Shown here in pieces: positions 1 through 13,602 of a stretch of DNA of 64,000 nt; positions within the stretch are counted from its first letter, which is position 1, and each line of letters starts with the position of its first letter. The notes under the pieces are model-generated. The model ran no database searches. It had not been told where the DNA came from and saw nothing but the letters and a program-made list of their open reading frames with translations. The position numbers and the translations under genes were made by a program. Source of the stretch: Trueperaceae bacterium (lineage in GTDB: Bacteria; Deinococcota; Deinococci; Deinococcales; Trueperaceae); the NCBI GenBank assembly GCA_034520945.1, contig JAXHNB010000001.1, forward strand, positions 32,001-96,000. The letters run 5' to 3'.

Positions 1-870
1 GCGACCGTCGGTGCACGTCACCGGGAAGGAGTAGATCAGCCCCTCCGCGACCCCGTAGGCACCAGAGCTCGGAATCGCCATGCTCACCCAGTCGCCCTCG
101 GGCGTGCCGTGCACCCAATCGCGCACGTGGTCGACCGCCGCGGACGCGGCCGACGCCGCGCTCGAGGCACCCCGCGCCTCGATGATCGCGGCGCCCCGCT
201 TTTGCACCGTCGGGATGAAGGTCTCCTCCACCCACTCGGACTCGACCAGGTCCAACGCCGGGCGCCCGCCGACCGTGGCGTGGGACACGTCCGGCACCTG
301 CGTGCTCGAGTGGTTCCCCCATACCGTCATGCGACGCACGTCCGCGACCTTCGCCCCCGTCCGGACCGCCAGTTGACTGATGGCGCGGTTATGGTCCAGT
401 CGCGTCATGGCCGTGAATGCCACGCTGGGAAGGTCGGGCGCATTGCGCATCGCGATCAGCGCATTGGTATTGGCCGGGTTGCCGACCACCAACACCCGCA
501 CGTTCCGGCGGGCCACCTCGTTCAGCGCCTTGCCCTGTTCGGTGAAGATCGTGCCGTTGGCTTCCAGCAGATCCTTGCGCTCCATCCCCGGCCCCCGCGG
601 GCGACTGCCGACCAGCAGCGCGACCTCCGCGTCGCGGAACGCCTCGCGCGGATCGCTGCTCGTCTCCACCCCGTGCAGCAGCGGATACGCGCCGTCGTGA
701 AGCTCCATCGCGACCCCTTCGAGCGCCTTCATGGCAGGGGGGATTTCGAGCATCTGCAGGATCACCGGCCGGTCCTTGCCCAGCATTTCCCCCGCGGCGA
801 TGCGAAACACCAGCGCGTAGCCGATCTGCCCGGCCGCACCGGTGACGGCGACCCTCGTCGGTTCCTTCAT
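1..870 (-). CDS. mdh: Malate dehydrogenase (3' end runs off window)
   Basis: Manual translation from ATG at 870: [18 protein letters not shown]...[13 protein letters not shown]...MTRLDHNRA...[16 protein letters not shown] upstream. Confidence 0.95.
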   Translation of the reverse strand, partial: MKEPTRVAVTGAAGQIGYALVFRIAAGEMLGKDRPVILQMLEIPPAMKALEGVAMELHDGAYPLLHGVETSSDPREAFRDAEVALLVGSRPRGPGMERKDLLEANGTIFTEQGKALNEVARRNVRVLVVGNPANTNALIAMRNAPDLPSVAFTAMTRLDHNRAISQLAVRTGAKVADVRRMTVWGNHSSTQVPDVSHATVGGRPALDLVESEWVEETFIPTVQKRGAAIIEARGASSAASAASAAVDHVRDWVHGTPEGDWVSMAIPSSGAYGVAEGLIYSFPVTCTDGR

Positions 871-1004
871 GGCTTCCTCCTCGCGGGACGCCGCGGCCGC
901 CCGCGTGCCGCGCAGGCGCGCACGTCCCTGGTGGGCCGATCTTACCACCCCCGGGCGCGCGCCGGCTCCGCGCCCCGCGCCGTCCACCCGTCGCCTCACT
1001 TCGC

Positions 1005-1020
1005 CGTTTCACGTGAAACG
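1005..1020. promoter_or_regulatory. parS site
   Basis: Perfect palindrome CGTTTCACGTGAAACG, near the parS consensus TGTTTCACGTGAAACA, just downstream of parB. Confidence 0.9.
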
Positions 1021-1041
1021 CGCGGCGGCCGGGACCGGCCG

Positions 1042-1857
1042 CTACGCCTGATACCCCAGCATCTCGAGCAGCCGTTCCAGCTCCTCGCGCGACCGAAAAT
1101 GCAGCTCGATCCGCCCCTTGCGCCCACCGCGTATGCGGACCGGCGTCCCGGCATGCCGCGCCAGGTCGTCCTCCAGCTCACGGTAGCGCCCGTCGCTGGC
1201 ACTGCGCCCCTGCGGCGCCTTGGGCCGCTGCAGCGCCTCGGCCTGCCGCACCGACAACCCCCGCTCCACGATCCGTGCCAGCGCCCAGGCGCGATCCTCC
1301 TCGGGCTGCGCCAGGATCGCGCGGGCGTGGCCGGCCCGGATCTCGCCCCGGTCCAGCGCCGCCTGCGCCTCCTCCGGTAGGCTCAGCAGCCGCAGCGCAT
1401 TGGCGACCGCGCTGCGGCTCTTCCCCACCGCCCGGGCCACCTCCTCCTGCTCCATGCCAAAGCCCCGAAGACGCTCGAACGCGCGCGCCTCCTCCAACGC
1501 GGTCAGATCTTCGCGCTGCAGGTTCTCCACGATCGCGAGCTCCAACGTCTCCCGATCGTTCAACTCGTGCACCACCGCCGGTACCGAACTCAACCCCGCC
1601 TTCTGGGCGGCACGGAACCGACGTTCACCCGCCACGATCTCGAACCCGCCCTCAACGGGTCGGACCAACAGCGGTTGCAGCACCCCCTTGTCCGCCATGG
1701 AGGCCGCCAGCTCCGCCACCTTCGCCTCGTCCAAACGCGACCGCGGCTGGAACCGCGACGGCAACAACGATGACAGCGCCACCATCCGTGGGCCCTTCTC
1801 CGACTTCGGCAACAGCGCGTCCAGGCCCCGTCCAAGCCCCCTAGCCTTCGCTGACAC
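1042..1857 (-). CDS. parB: Chromosome partitioning protein ParB/Spo0J
   Basis: [29 protein letters not shown] and HTH motifs. Confidence 0.97.
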   Translation of the reverse strand: MSAKARGLGRGLDALLPKSEKGPRMVALSSLLPSRFQPRSRLDEAKVAELAASMADKGVLQPLLVRPVEGGFEIVAGERRFRAAQKAGLSSVPAVVHELNDRETLELAIVENLQREDLTALEEARAFERLRGFGMEQEEVARAVGKSRSAVANALRLLSLPEEAQAALDRGEIRAGHARAILAQPEEDRAWALARIVERGLSVRQAEALQRPKAPQGRSASDGRYRELEDDLARHAGTPVRIRGGRKGRIELHFRSREELERLLEMLGYQA

Positions 1858-2599
1858 GGCTCATCACCTCCCGGCCGAGCGCTGAATAGGCACTGGCCCC
1901 TTGCGACTGCGCAGCATAGGCGAAGATCGGCTGACCATAGGACGGCGCCTCGGCCAAGCGGACATTGCGCGGGATCACCGTGTCGAACACCTCGTCTCCG
2001 AAATGGTTGCGCACGCTCTCCTCCACCTGGCGCGACAGATTGGTCCGGCCGTCGTACATCGTCAACAGGATGCCGAGGATGCGCAGCGCCGGGTTCAGCG
2101 ACTCCCCGACCCGCTCCACGGTCTCCATCATCCCCACGATGCCCTCCAAGGCGTAGTACTCGGTTTGGATCGGCACGATTAGCAGGTCCGCAGCGACCAA
2201 GGAGTTCAGCGTCAACGCCCCGATCGATGGCGGTGCGTCCACGACGATGAACTCGTAGTTGGGCCGCACCCCGATCAACGCGCGTCGCAGCAGCGACAGG
2301 TCCTCCGTCGAGGTGTCGAGCTCGACCGCGGCGCCGGCCAGGTCCCCCGAGGCGGGCAGCACCCAGAGGTTCTCGGTCGAGGTCTCCACGATCGCCTGTC
2401 GTGCGGAGGCCTCGCCCACCAGCACGTCGTAGATGGTCGATTCCGGCCGCGCGATCCCCACGCCCGAGGTCGCGTTGGCCTGCGGGTCCAGGTCCACCAG
2501 CAACACCCGCCGGCCCTCCGCGAGCGCCGCCGCCAGGTTGACGGCCGTGGTCGTCTTTCCGACCCCGCCCTTCTGATTGATCACTCCGAGGATGGGCAC
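1841..2599 (-). CDS. parA: ParA/Soj ATPase
   Basis: [11 protein letters not shown] deviant Walker [25 protein letters not shown] start at 2599. Confidence 0.96.
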   Translation of the reverse strand: MPILGVINQKGGVGKTTTAVNLAAALAEGRRVLLVDLDPQANATSGVGIARPESTIYDVLVGEASARQAIVETSTENLWVLPASGDLAGAAVELDTSTEDLSLLRRALIGVRPNYEFIVVDAPPSIGALTLNSLVAADLLIVPIQTEYYALEGIVGMMETVERVGESLNPALRILGILLTMYDGRTNLSRQVEESVRNHFGDEVFDTVIPRNVRLAEAPSYGQPIFAYAAQSQGASAYSALGREVMSRVSEG

Positions 2600-3198
2600 G
2601 GCCGACCTCCCAGCGCGCGAACGGCTAGGAGCGTACCATGGCCCGGACGCGGCAGCGCGGCCAGCACCTCCGGGGTCGCCCCGAGGCGGTCCTCGAGCGC
2701 GTCCACCTCCGCGCGCCAGCCCGCACCCTTCCGCGCCACCAACACCACCGCCTCGCCATGCCGGTGTCGCGTGGCCGCGTAGATCTCCGTCAATGGCCCG
2801 ACCGCCTGCGCCGTCACCACGTCGAGGGCCGGGCCCTCCAATCGTCGCGCATCGCCCAAGCGCACCTCGGCACACGTGGGGCCGACCGCGGCCACGGCCA
2901 TGGACAGGAACGCTGTGCGCTTGCGCCGACGCTCGATCAGTTCGACGGGCAGCTCCGGAAGCGCCGCGGCGAGCACCACCCCCGGCAACCCCACGCCCGA
3001 GCCGAGGTCGGCAAGCCGCGCCGGGGCGGGGGAGAGGTCGGCCACCAAATCCGCATAGGCCCACGCCTCGGCCAGGTGGTCCGACAACCTTTCCAGCGCC
3101 GCCCCCGAGACGAGGTCGAGCGTCCCGTGATACCGCCGGATCAGGGCGGCGTAGCGCGCCAGCGCCGCGTCGACCTCAGCCGGCGAGCGCTGTTTCAC
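2581..3198 (-). CDS. rsmG: 16S rRNA m7G527 methyltransferase (GidB)
   Basis: [13 protein letters not shown]-binding motif; position between mnmG and parA. Confidence 0.9.
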   Translation of the reverse strand: MKQRSPAEVDAALARYAALIRRYHGTLDLVSGAALERLSDHLAEAWAYADLVADLSPAPARLADLGSGVGLPGVVLAAALPELPVELIERRRKRTAFLSMAVAAVGPTCAEVRLGDARRLEGPALDVVTAQAVGPLTEIYAATRHRHGEAVVLVARKGAGWRAEVDALEDRLGATPEVLAALPRPGHGTLLAVRALGGRPCPSSE

Positions 3199-4999
3199 GT
3201 GAAACGCCGCCGCGCCGCTTGACGTGCACCAGCAGCGCCGTCACGTCGCTGTCGCGCACGCCCCGCATCCGCTGCGCCGCCCCCAACGTGGCCGGCTGCT
3301 GGTTTTGCAGCGCTTCGCGCCCTTCGTTGGACAGGCTCGGCACCTCCTGGAACGACACGCCCTGCAGGCTCAGCCGCTCGTACTCCCCCCGCGCCTCGAG
3401 CTGCTTCCGACTCCGCTCGATGTAGGAGGCGTAGCCCACCAGGATCTCGACGCGCCGGATCTCTTCGCCGCTCAGCGGCACGTCGGCCGCCCCCACCCGG
3501 GCCGCCACGGAGGCGTAGTCGGCGCCGGGCCGCCGCAGCAGCTTGCTTCCGCTGTCGGCCCCGTCCCGCACCCACTCCAAGCGCGCCACTTCGGCCTCGA
3601 CCCGCTCACGCGATTCCGTCACCGCGGCCTCCGTCGCGGCGTCGACCATGCCCCAGGCGTGCCCCAGGCCGGTCAGCCGGTCCGCGGCGTTGTCCTGCCG
3701 ATGCAACAAACGATACTCGTTCCTACTGGTAAGCATACGGTACGGTTCATCGATTCCCCACCGAACCAGGTCGTCCAACAGTACGCCCACGTAGCCTTGG
3801 TCGCGCCGCACCGTCACCCGTCCTTGGCCCCCGGCGTGCCGCGCCGCGTTCACGCCCGCCACCAAACCTTGGGCGGCCGCCTCCTCGTAGCCGCTGGTGC
3901 CGTTGATCTGTCCGGCGCTGAACAGCCCCGGCAGCCGCTTGGACATCATCGACACGTCCAACTGCGTCGGGTCGAACGCGTCGTACTCGACCGCATAGGC
4001 GTACCGCTGGATCGCCGCTCGCTCGAAGCCCGGCAGCGTCCGGATCATGTCGTCTTGCAGGATCGGCGGCATCGACGAGGAGAACCCTTGCAGGTACACC
4101 TCGCTGGTCTGCAGCCCGTCCGGCTCCACGAACAGCAGGTGACGGTCCTTGTCGGCGAACTTGACCACCTTGTCCTCGATCGAGGGGCAGTAGCGCGGGC
4201 CCTGCGTGTCGATCGCGCCGCCGTACATCGCCGACGCCTCCAGGTTCTCCTGGATCAGCCGGTGCGTCGCCGGCGTCGTGTGCGTCAACCAGGTGGGGCT
4301 CTCCGCCGCACGCGGGCCCGGCGTCCCGGTGAACGAACCCGGCGGGTCGTCGGCCGCGACTTCGTCCAGCACCGAGAAGTCCACCGAATCGGCCCGCACC
4401 CGGGGCGGGGTGCCCGTCTTGAACCGGAGCAGGTCGTGGCCGGTCGCGCGAAGGCTGCGCGAGAGGTGCCGCGCCGGCGCCTCGCCCTGCCGGCCGGCCT
4501 CCCGGCTCTTCTTGCCGTACCAGACCACGCCGGACAAAAACGTGCCGGTGCACAGCACCACGGAGGGTGCGTCCAACACGCGCCCGTCGGTGAGCCTCAC
4601 GCCGCAGGCGCGCCCACGGGACACCGCGAGCTCGGCGACCTCGCCCCGCACCAACTCGATGCCGACCGTGCCCTCGATCCGATCTCGGGCGGCGGCCGCG
4701 TAGGCGTCGCGTTCGTTCTGCACGCGGAGCGATTGCACCGCGGGTCCCTTGCTCGCATTCAGCGTGCGCGCGTGGATCGCGGTCGCGTCCGCCAGCGACC
4801 CCATCACGCCGCCGAGGGCTTGCAGCTCGAACACCAGTTGGGACTTCCCGGGGCCGCCCACCGCCGGGTTGCACGGCATCAGGCCGATCTTGTCGGGGTG
4901 GGGGAGAGCCAACGCCACGCGCGACCCCAGCTTCGCCGCGGCCGATGCCGCCTCGATGCCGGCGTGGCCGCCGCCGACCACCACTACGTCGAAGGTCAT
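3176..4999 (-). CDS. mnmG: tRNA uridine-5-carboxymethylaminomethyl modification enzyme (GidA)
   Basis: [53 protein letters not shown]; an alternative in-frame leaderless ATG lies at 5074. Confidence 0.97.
   Translation of the reverse strand: MTFDVVVVGGGHAGIEAASAAAKLGSRVALALPHPDKIGLMPCNPAVGGPGKSQLVFELQALGGVMGSLADATAIHARTLNASKGPAVQSLRVQNERDAYAAAARDRIEGTVGIELVRGEVAELAVSRGRACGVRLTDGRVLDAPSVVLCTGTFLSGVVWYGKKSREAGRQGEAPARHLSRSLRATGHDLLRFKTGTPPRVRADSVDFSVLDEVAADDPPGSFTGTPGPRAAESPTWLTHTTPATHRLIQENLEASAMYGGAIDTQGPRYCPSIEDKVVKFADKDRHLLFVEPDGLQTSEVYLQGFSSSMPPILQDDMIRTLPGFERAAIQRYAYAVEYDAFDPTQLDVSMMSKRLPGLFSAGQINGTSGYEEAAAQGLVAGVNAARHAGGQGRVTVRRDQGYVGVLLDDLVRWGIDEPYRMLTSRNEYRLLHRQDNAADRLTGLGHAWGMVDAATEAAVTESRERVEAEVARLEWVRDGADSGSKLLRRPGADYASVAARVGAADVPLSGEEIRRVEILVGYASYIERSRKQLEARGEYERLSLQGVSFQEVPSLSNEGREALQNQQPATLGAAQRMRGVRDSDVTALLVHVKRRGGVSRETALAG
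3191..3206. promoter_or_regulatory. parS site
   Basis: TGTTTCACGTGAAACG (1 mismatch to consensus) at the mnmG/rsmG overlap. Confidence 0.88.
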
Positions 5000-5170
5000 G
5001 CGGGTTCCCCCTCTCCAAGGTTCCGCGTCTTGGACGGCCCCGCCCGGGCGTACCCATCGGGGCCGATCGCGCATCCGCGCAGTATAGCGCGCCCCTTGGA
5101 GCTCGCCCGCAAGCCATCTGGCCATCTGATATGGTGCTCGCCAGGCCGCCGGGCGGAGGACCCCACATCC

Positions 5171-6511
5171 ATGACACGAGACGCTGCCATCTGGGACGAC
5201 ATTCTCGACTACGTCCAGCGGGAAATTCCCGACGTGGAGTTTCGGACGTGGTTCCAGCAGGTCCGCCCGCTGGGGATCGAGAACGGCTCGTACATGATCG
5301 GCGTCCCCCACTCCTTCGCACGGGACTGGCTCAAGTCGCACTACGCCCCGGTGTTGGAGACGGCGCTGCGCGATCTTGGCGCCCCCTCGCCGCACGTCGG
5401 ATTCCAGGTCGTGCCGTTTCAGCAGAGCGAGCAACAGGACCTCTTCTCGCTTCAGGAGGAACCCGAGCCGACCGACCCGCCCCCCGCCCGCACCAAGGTG
5501 GCGCTGAATCCGAAGTACGTGTTCACCAACTTCGTGGTCGGCCCGAACAACAACCTCGCGCACGCCGCGGCGTTGGCGATCGCGGAGTCACCGGGGCGCG
5601 CCTACAACCCGCTGTTCGTCTACGGCGACGCCGGCCTGGGCAAGACGCACCTGATGCATGCCGTCGGGCACGCCGTGGTCGGCCGCTATCCGCGACTGCA
5701 GGTCGAGTACGTCACCACCGAAGCGTTCACCAACGACCTGATCACCGCGATCCGCGAGGACCGGATGACGTCGTTCCGGAACCGCTACCGCTCGATCGAC
5801 CTGCTGCTGATCGACGACGTGCAGTTCATCGCCGGCAAGGAGCGCACCCAGGAGGAGTTCTTCCACACCTTCAACGCGCTGTACGAATCCGGCAAGCAGA
5901 TCCTGGTCACTTCGGACCGGCCCCCCAAGGACATCCCCACGCTCGAGAACCGCCTCCGCAGCCGGTTCGAGTGGGGCCTGATCACCGACATCCAGGCCCC
6001 GGCCCTGGAGACGCGCATCGCGATCCTGACGATGAACGCCGAGTACCGGGGCGTGAAGGTGCCGGACGAGGTGATCGACTACATCGCGCGTCACGCCACC
6101 AGCAACATCCGCGAACTCGAAGGGGCGCTGGTCCGCGTGATCGTGTTCGCCAGCATGAACAACGTGGACATGTCCCGCCAGGTGGCGGCGCAGGCGCTGT
6201 CGGACGTGTTCACGCCCAGCGACGTCGTGCCCACCATGGCGGACGTGCTGCGGGTCACGGCCAAGCACTTCGGCTTGGAGCCGGCCGATGTCCGCTCGAA
6301 GGGCCGGCGGCAACAGATCGTCGTGCCCCGGCAGATCACCATGTACCTGATCCGCGATCTGACCTCGCACTCGTTTCCCGAGATCGGCCAGTTCTTCGGG
6401 GGCCGCGACCACTCGACGGTTCTGTATGCGGTCCAGAAGGCGCAGGATCGGCTCGAGAACGACCCCGAACTGGCCAAGTCGGTCGCCGAGATCCGCGCCC
6501 AACTGTCCTGA
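5171..6511 (+). CDS. dnaA: Chromosomal replication initiator DnaA
   Basis: [56 protein letters not shown]. Confidence 0.98.
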   Translation: MTRDAAIWDDILDYVQREIPDVEFRTWFQQVRPLGIENGSYMIGVPHSFARDWLKSHYAPVLETALRDLGAPSPHVGFQVVPFQQSEQQDLFSLQEEPEPTDPPPARTKVALNPKYVFTNFVVGPNNNLAHAAALAIAESPGRAYNPLFVYGDAGLGKTHLMHAVGHAVVGRYPRLQVEYVTTEAFTNDLITAIREDRMTSFRNRYRSIDLLLIDDVQFIAGKERTQEEFFHTFNALYESGKQILVTSDRPPKDIPTLENRLRSRFEWGLITDIQAPALETRIAILTMNAEYRGVKVPDEVIDYIARHATSNIRELEGALVRVIVFASMNNVDMSRQVAAQALSDVFTPSDVVPTMADVLRVTAKHFGLEPADVRSKGRRQQIVVPRQITMYLIRDLTSHSFPEIGQFFGGRDHSTVLYAVQKAQDRLENDPELAKSVAEIRAQLS

Positions 6512-7168
6512 GCGCGCTCCGCCTGCAACGTGGGCGGCCCGAACCGAAGTCGGCCCGTCCCTCGGGCGTCGCCGACCCGCGCACCGCGATCGCCGCACCC
6601 CCGTATCCACCCCTTGTCCACAGTTTCGCGCCGGTTATCCACAACCCGGCGCGCGCTGCGTGCGTCTCCGTCGCGCCGGATCCAGCCGCCCCGTCCCAGC
6701 CGGCGTACCGGCGACACGCCCAGCGGAACGCCCCGCCGAAACACGGCACATATCGCGTGTGTGACGTCGTGATTCAGCTCCTGGGCCCATCGTGTGGACA
6801 AGGGTGTGAACGGCCTGTGGGCATCGTGTGGAGGAGGGTGTGCAGAAGCGGGGGGCCTGGATCGCTGTGGAAAGATGTGGACGAATCCGCCGGTTATCCA
6901 CAGGCCGCCGTCGTTCCTCCACAGCGCTGTTCACAGCGACGCGGCCGTCCGATACGCGGTTCTTTGCGGTTGTCCACTCGGTCCACAACCCCTACGACTA
7001 GGTCTATGCCCATATTTCGTTCTAAGAAAACCTCGCCACCCCCGTTGATGCCTCCCGATGCTAGGCCAAGCCTCATCGATGAGGCGCCCCCAGGCGCACG
7101 AATGCCCACAGGACGCATATACGGTATGCTACGTTCACATTGACGCCTGAATTCTCCAGGAGAGACGC
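6512..7168. other. Replication origin oriC
   Basis: dnaA-dnaN intergenic region with perfect TTATCCACA boxes (6635, 6894), TTGTCCACA (6614), TGTGGACAA (6793), many degenerate boxes in 6793-6987, and an AT-richer patch at ~7004-7030. Confidence 0.92.
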
Positions 7169-8257
7169 ATGAAGGTCCAGATCCCCACCAAGTCTCTAGC
7201 CGAGACCTTGCAGCGGGTCGAACGAATCGTGCCGACGCGCAGCAGCAATCCCGGCCTGACCCTCATTCGACTGGAACTCCTGGACGACGCGCTGCGCTTC
7301 AGCGGCAGCAACCTCGACCTCGACATCGAAGCCACCGTCGCCGCGGACGTCCGCGGCGACGGCACCTTCGCGCTGCCCGCGCAGGTGTTCTCGCAGGTCG
7401 TCAGGGCCCTTCCGGGCGACACGGTCGATCTCGAGGCGGAAGACAACGAGTTGGGCGTGTCGTCGGCCGCCTTCGCGACCAAACTCCAACTCGTCGATCC
7501 GGAAAGCGCGCCCAGGGTGACGTTTCCGGACAGCTACAGCGGGTCGCTGCCCGGCGACGCCCTGGCCGAAGCGCTCGGCAGCGTTCGGTACGCCGCCGCC
7601 GTCGCGGAGTACCAGGCGATCTTCCGGGGCGTGAAGCTGGAACTGAGCGACGCGGGGAGCCGCGCCGTGGCGACCGACGGCTTCCGCCTCGCCTACCGTG
7701 ACATGGAGCACGTCAGCGGCCTCAGTGCTGAGATGGTGGTGCCGGCCCGCAGCGTCGACGAGATGATCCGCATCGTCGGGGACGGCCCCGCCGAGCTCGA
7801 GCCCGGCGATGGACAGGTCTCGGTGCGGTGCGGCGCCTACCGCGTGAACGTGAAGCTGATGGAGGGGACCTTCCCCGACTACCGGCGCGTGATTCCCAGC
7901 AGTTTCCCGGTGACCGTGACCATGAACGCCGCGGCCTTCGCGGAAGCCGTCGAGCGCGTGGCGGTCATGGCCGACAAGACGGCCAACAACCGCGTGGACC
8001 TGTTCATTCGCGAGGGCGTGCTGCAGATCACCGCCGAGGGCGCGTACGGGCGCTCGCAAGAGGCCCTCGAGGTGCGTCAGGAAGGCACCGACTCGCAGAT
8101 GGCGCTGGCGTACAACGCCAAGTACCTCACCGACGCGTTGCATCCCATCCAGGGCGAGCTTCGTGTGCAGTTCTCCGGCCCCACCAGCCCCAGCGTGCTG
8201 GTCGACCCGGACGAGCCGTCCTACCTCGCGATGGTGGTGCCCCTCCGCACCGGCTGA
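7169..8257 (+). CDS. dnaN: DNA polymerase III beta sliding clamp
   Basis: VATDGFRLA, LMEGTFPDY, YNAKYL, C-terminal MVVPLR; follows oriC. Confidence 0.97.
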   Translation: MKVQIPTKSLAETLQRVERIVPTRSSNPGLTLIRLELLDDALRFSGSNLDLDIEATVAADVRGDGTFALPAQVFSQVVRALPGDTVDLEAEDNELGVSSAAFATKLQLVDPESAPRVTFPDSYSGSLPGDALAEALGSVRYAAAVAEYQAIFRGVKLELSDAGSRAVATDGFRLAYRDMEHVSGLSAEMVVPARSVDEMIRIVGDGPAELEPGDGQVSVRCGAYRVNVKLMEGTFPDYRRVIPSSFPVTVTMNAAAFAEAVERVAVMADKTANNRVDLFIREGVLQITAEGAYGRSQEALEVRQEGTDSQMALAYNAKYLTDALHPIQGELRVQFSGPTSPSVLVDPDEPSYLAMVVPLRTG

Positions 8258-8359
8258 AGGCGGGAGGTACGGCGTGCGCTCGGTGTCGCTGTCGCGCGGC
8301 CGGCGCCCCCGGCGGCCCTGCGCTCGTCGGTGCGGCCGCACGGCCCGATGCGAGGGTAG

Positions 8360-11191
<2,832 letters not shown>

Positions 11192-11208
11192 GTCCGCAGG
11201 TCCCACGA

Positions 11209-11244
11209 GCCGCCCCTCCCGCGCCCAGGCGCGGGAGGGGCGGC
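11209..11244. terminator. GC hairpin between convergent pyk and merR-family gene
   Basis: 17-bp inverted repeat GCCGCCCCTCCCGCGCC / GGCGCGGGAGGGGCGGC; no U-tract. Confidence 0.65.
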
Positions 11245-11261
11245 GCCCCTAGCCTGCGCCC

Positions 11262-11714
11262 CTAGCCATGAACCGTGCCCAGAGCGGACGCGTCCGCATC
11301 GTCCGCCACGTCGGGCGGACAGCCGCAGCCGGGTCCGCACGGCCCGGACGGCGGGTGGCCCATCAGCCGCCCGTAGGCGTCCTCGAGGTGCGCTCCGAGC
11401 GTGCGTAGCTCCTCGATGCGGTGGCGGACCTCCTCGAGCTTGCTGGCGAGGAGGCGCTGAAGCTCCTCGCGCGTCATCGAGCACGCGCCTTCGCTCCAGC
11501 ACCCGAGCAGCTCGGCGGTGTCGTCGAGGGACAGGCCGAGCCGCTTGGCGCGCCGTACGAAGTGCAGCGCCTCGATCGCGTCGTCGTCGTACAGCCGGTA
11601 CCCGGACGCGCTCCGGCGCGGCGCCGGGAGCAGGTCGATTCGCTCGTAGTAGCGAATGGTGGGCGCCGTGAAGCCGGTGGCCCGTGCCAGTGCCGAGATG
11701 GTCATCCCGTCCAT
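11262..11714 (-). CDS. MerR-family metal-responsive regulator
   Basis: TIRYYERIDLL, GYRLY, AKRLGLSL; Cys at start of the dimer helix and C-terminal CGPGCGC. Confidence 0.92.
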   Translation of the reverse strand: MDGMTISALARATGFTAPTIRYYERIDLLPAPRRSASGYRLYDDDAIEALHFVRRAKRLGLSLDDTAELLGCWSEGACSMTREELQRLLASKLEEVRHRIEELRTLGAHLEDAYGRLMGHPPSGPCGPGCGCPPDVADDADASALGTVHG

Positions 11715-11720
11715 GCCCTC

Positions 11721-11752
11721 AGCCTAAACCCCGAAGTCGACTTCAAGGTGAA
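11721..11752 (-). promoter_or_regulatory. MerR-type promoter/operator
   Basis: TTCACC-20 bp-TAGGCT with a 22-bp imperfect dyad ACCTTGAAGTC/GACTTCGGGGT (11728-11749) in the spacer. Confidence 0.75.
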
Positions 11753-11820
11753 GGGGCAGAACCACGGCGCCGCCCGGCACCGACTCGCCGGTGAGGGTGG
11801 ACCGGTCGAGGTCGAGGTGC

Positions 11821-11851
11821 CGCTCACGGCGTGCGCGTGCCGCCGTGAGCG
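11821..11851. terminator. Hairpin downstream of rplI
   Basis: 11-bp stem CGCTCACGGCG / CGCCGTGAGCG. Confidence 0.45.
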
Positions 11852-11918
11852 TGGTGGGAATCCACGTCCGCGATCATATCTCGGAATTGTTCCGAAAATG
11901 GTGCGGGGGTCGAAACGT

Positions 11919-11950
11919 GCGGGGCGGGACCGATCGTGGTCCCGCCCCGC
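11919..11950 (-). terminator. Hairpin immediately after rplI stop
   Basis: 13-bp stem GCGGGGCGGGACC / GGTCCCGCCCCGC. Confidence 0.6.
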
Positions 11951-11971
11951 GCGTCATTCGCATGTCGGGCG

Positions 11972-12418
11972 TCAGCCCTCGGCGACCACCACGACGTCCA
12001 GGTCGATGGTGACCTCGGGGTGCGGTTTGTAGGGAAGGGTGTAGCGGCCGAGCGTCTTGATCGGCTCGGACAGCTCGATCTTGCGGCGGTCCACCTCGAC
12101 GTCGTACGCCTTCTTGAGGGCGTCCGCGACGTCGCGGTTGGTGACCGAGCCGTAGATGCGCTCTTCGCCCGCCTTGACGCGGATCTCGACGGCGGCGTCG
12201 GCGAGGAGCTCCTTGAGCCGTTCGGCGTCGTTCTTGCGTTCCGACAACTGCCGTGCCCGCTGTTCCAGGCGCGCCTGAAGCTCCTTCTGGTTGCCCTTCG
12301 TGGCGGGCAGCGCCAGCCCCTGCGGGACCAGCCAGTTGCGGGCGTAGCCCGGCTTGACCCCCACCACGTCGCCGGCCTCGCCGAGGGTGCCGACGGGTTC
12401 CAGCAGGATGACGTTCAC
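11972..12418 (-). CDS. rplI: 50S ribosomal protein L9
   Basis: VILLEPVGTLG, VKPGYARNWLVP, IYGSVT; GTG start overlaps the rpsR stop. Confidence 0.97.
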   Translation of the reverse strand: MNVILLEPVGTLGEAGDVVGVKPGYARNWLVPQGLALPATKGNQKELQARLEQRARQLSERKNDAERLKELLADAAVEIRVKAGEERIYGSVTNRDVADALKKAYDVEVDRRKIELSEPIKTLGRYTLPYKPHPEVTIDLDVVVVAEG

Positions 12419-12687
12419 TTGCGCACCAGCTTCTCGGTGATGGGGACCAGGGCCAGCATGCGGGCCCGCTTGATCGTCGTCGCCAGCCGGCGTTGGTGCT
12501 TGGCGCACACGCCCGTGCGGCGGCGCGGCAGGATCTTGGCGGTATCGCTGATGAAGCGGCGCACCATGCGTTGATCGTGGTAGGCCGTGATCTCCATCTC
12601 GCCCGTGCAGAACGGGCATACCTTGGGCCGGCGGCCCCGCCGGCCACCTGGGCGGCGGCGTTTGGCGTCTTTCGCGTCTCGTGCCAT
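12415..12687 (-). CDS. rpsR: 30S ribosomal protein S18
   Basis: KILPRRRTGVCAKHQR, IKRARMLAL; CxxC zinc form. Confidence 0.96.
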   Translation of the reverse strand: MARDAKDAKRRRPGGRRGRRPKVCPFCTGEMEITAYHDQRMVRRFISDTAKILPRRRTGVCAKHQRRLATTIKRARMLALVPITEKLVRK

Positions 12688-13535
12688 CAGAAGGGTAGAT
12701 CCTCCTCGGGTGGGAATTCGTCGTCGATGTCCAATCGGCGTTCCTGCCCTGCCTGGGCGCCGCGGGCGTCCTCGCGGGATTGCGAGGCCGGTCCGCCGCG
12801 GGTCCCGGTTCCACCACCACCGGGACCGCGGGTCAGGAACTCCACGCGCGACCCTTCGATGCGCGTCGTGAAGCGCCGATTTCCGTCACGGTCGGTCCAA
12901 GAGTCGTTCACCAGGCGGCCGGACACGAGGACCGGGTCGCCCTTGCTCAACTCGGCGCAGCCCTCCGCCAACTCGCGCCAGACGTTGATGTCGACGAAGT
13001 GGGTCCGTTCCTGGTCCTGGCCGCTCTTGTCGCGAAACCGATCGTTCACCGCCATGCCGAAGCGCGCCACCGCCGCCCCTGAGGGCGTGTAGCGGAGCTC
13101 GGCGTCGCGGGTGAGGTTGCCGATCAGCGTCACCTGGTTCAACGCGCCGCGGAGGCGCTGTTGGCCCTTGGCGTCGCCGACCGTCGTCTCGCCGCTGCGG
13201 GGGCCGAACGTCATGGCCTCCACGCGCGTGGCGACCACGTCCAGTGCGCTGCGCCGTTGCCCGTCCTGGCTCTCCCAGGTGCGGTAGTCGACGCGCCCTT
13301 CGAGGAACACGGGGTCTCCTGCGTGCAGTTGGTCGGCCAGCATCTCGGCCTGGCCGCCGAACACCGTCGCGCGGTGGTACCAGGCCAGCTCGCGCTCCTT
13401 GCCGTCGTCGCCGACGACGTGATCGTTGCCGGCCAGGTTCAGCTCCAGGATGGCGAGGCCCCCGGGCGTGTAGCGCATCTCGGGGTCCTGCACCAGGGTG
13501 CCGACCATCAACACGTGATTCAGTCCTCGTGCCAT
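12687..13535 (-). CDS. ssb: Single-stranded DNA-binding protein, two-OB-fold Deinococcus/Thermus type
   Basis: Two copies of LN-V-L-G-L--D-E-RYTP; C-terminal EEDLPF. Confidence 0.97.
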   Translation of the reverse strand: MARGLNHVLMVGTLVQDPEMRYTPGGLAILELNLAGNDHVVGDDGKERELAWYHRATVFGGQAEMLADQLHAGDPVFLEGRVDYRTWESQDGQRRSALDVVATRVEAMTFGPRSGETTVGDAKGQQRLRGALNQVTLIGNLTRDAELRYTPSGAAVARFGMAVNDRFRDKSGQDQERTHFVDINVWRELAEGCAELSKGDPVLVSGRLVNDSWTDRDGNRRFTTRIEGSRVEFLTRGPGGGGTGTRGGPASQSREDARGAQAGQERRLDIDDEFPPEEDLPF

Positions 13536-13602
13536 GCGTTCCTCTGTCTCTGTGGGCGCGCCGCGTGGCGCGGCGACAATGTGGCTCCCTGCGGCGGGCG
13601 CC

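Noticed and set aside
3224..5170. N-terminal extension of the DnaA ORF (1095 aa)
   Set aside because: Antisense to mnmG; DnaA domain I and an SD place the start at 5171
6600..6990. Regularly spaced TGTGGA/TCCACA repeats as a CRISPR array or iteron repeat
   Set aside because: They are 9-mer DnaA boxes in oriC; there are no 25-45-bp repeats with spacers and no cas genes
12687..13535. Tandem duplication within ssb as a novelty
   Set aside because: Two-OB-fold SSB is the established Deinococcus-Thermus form
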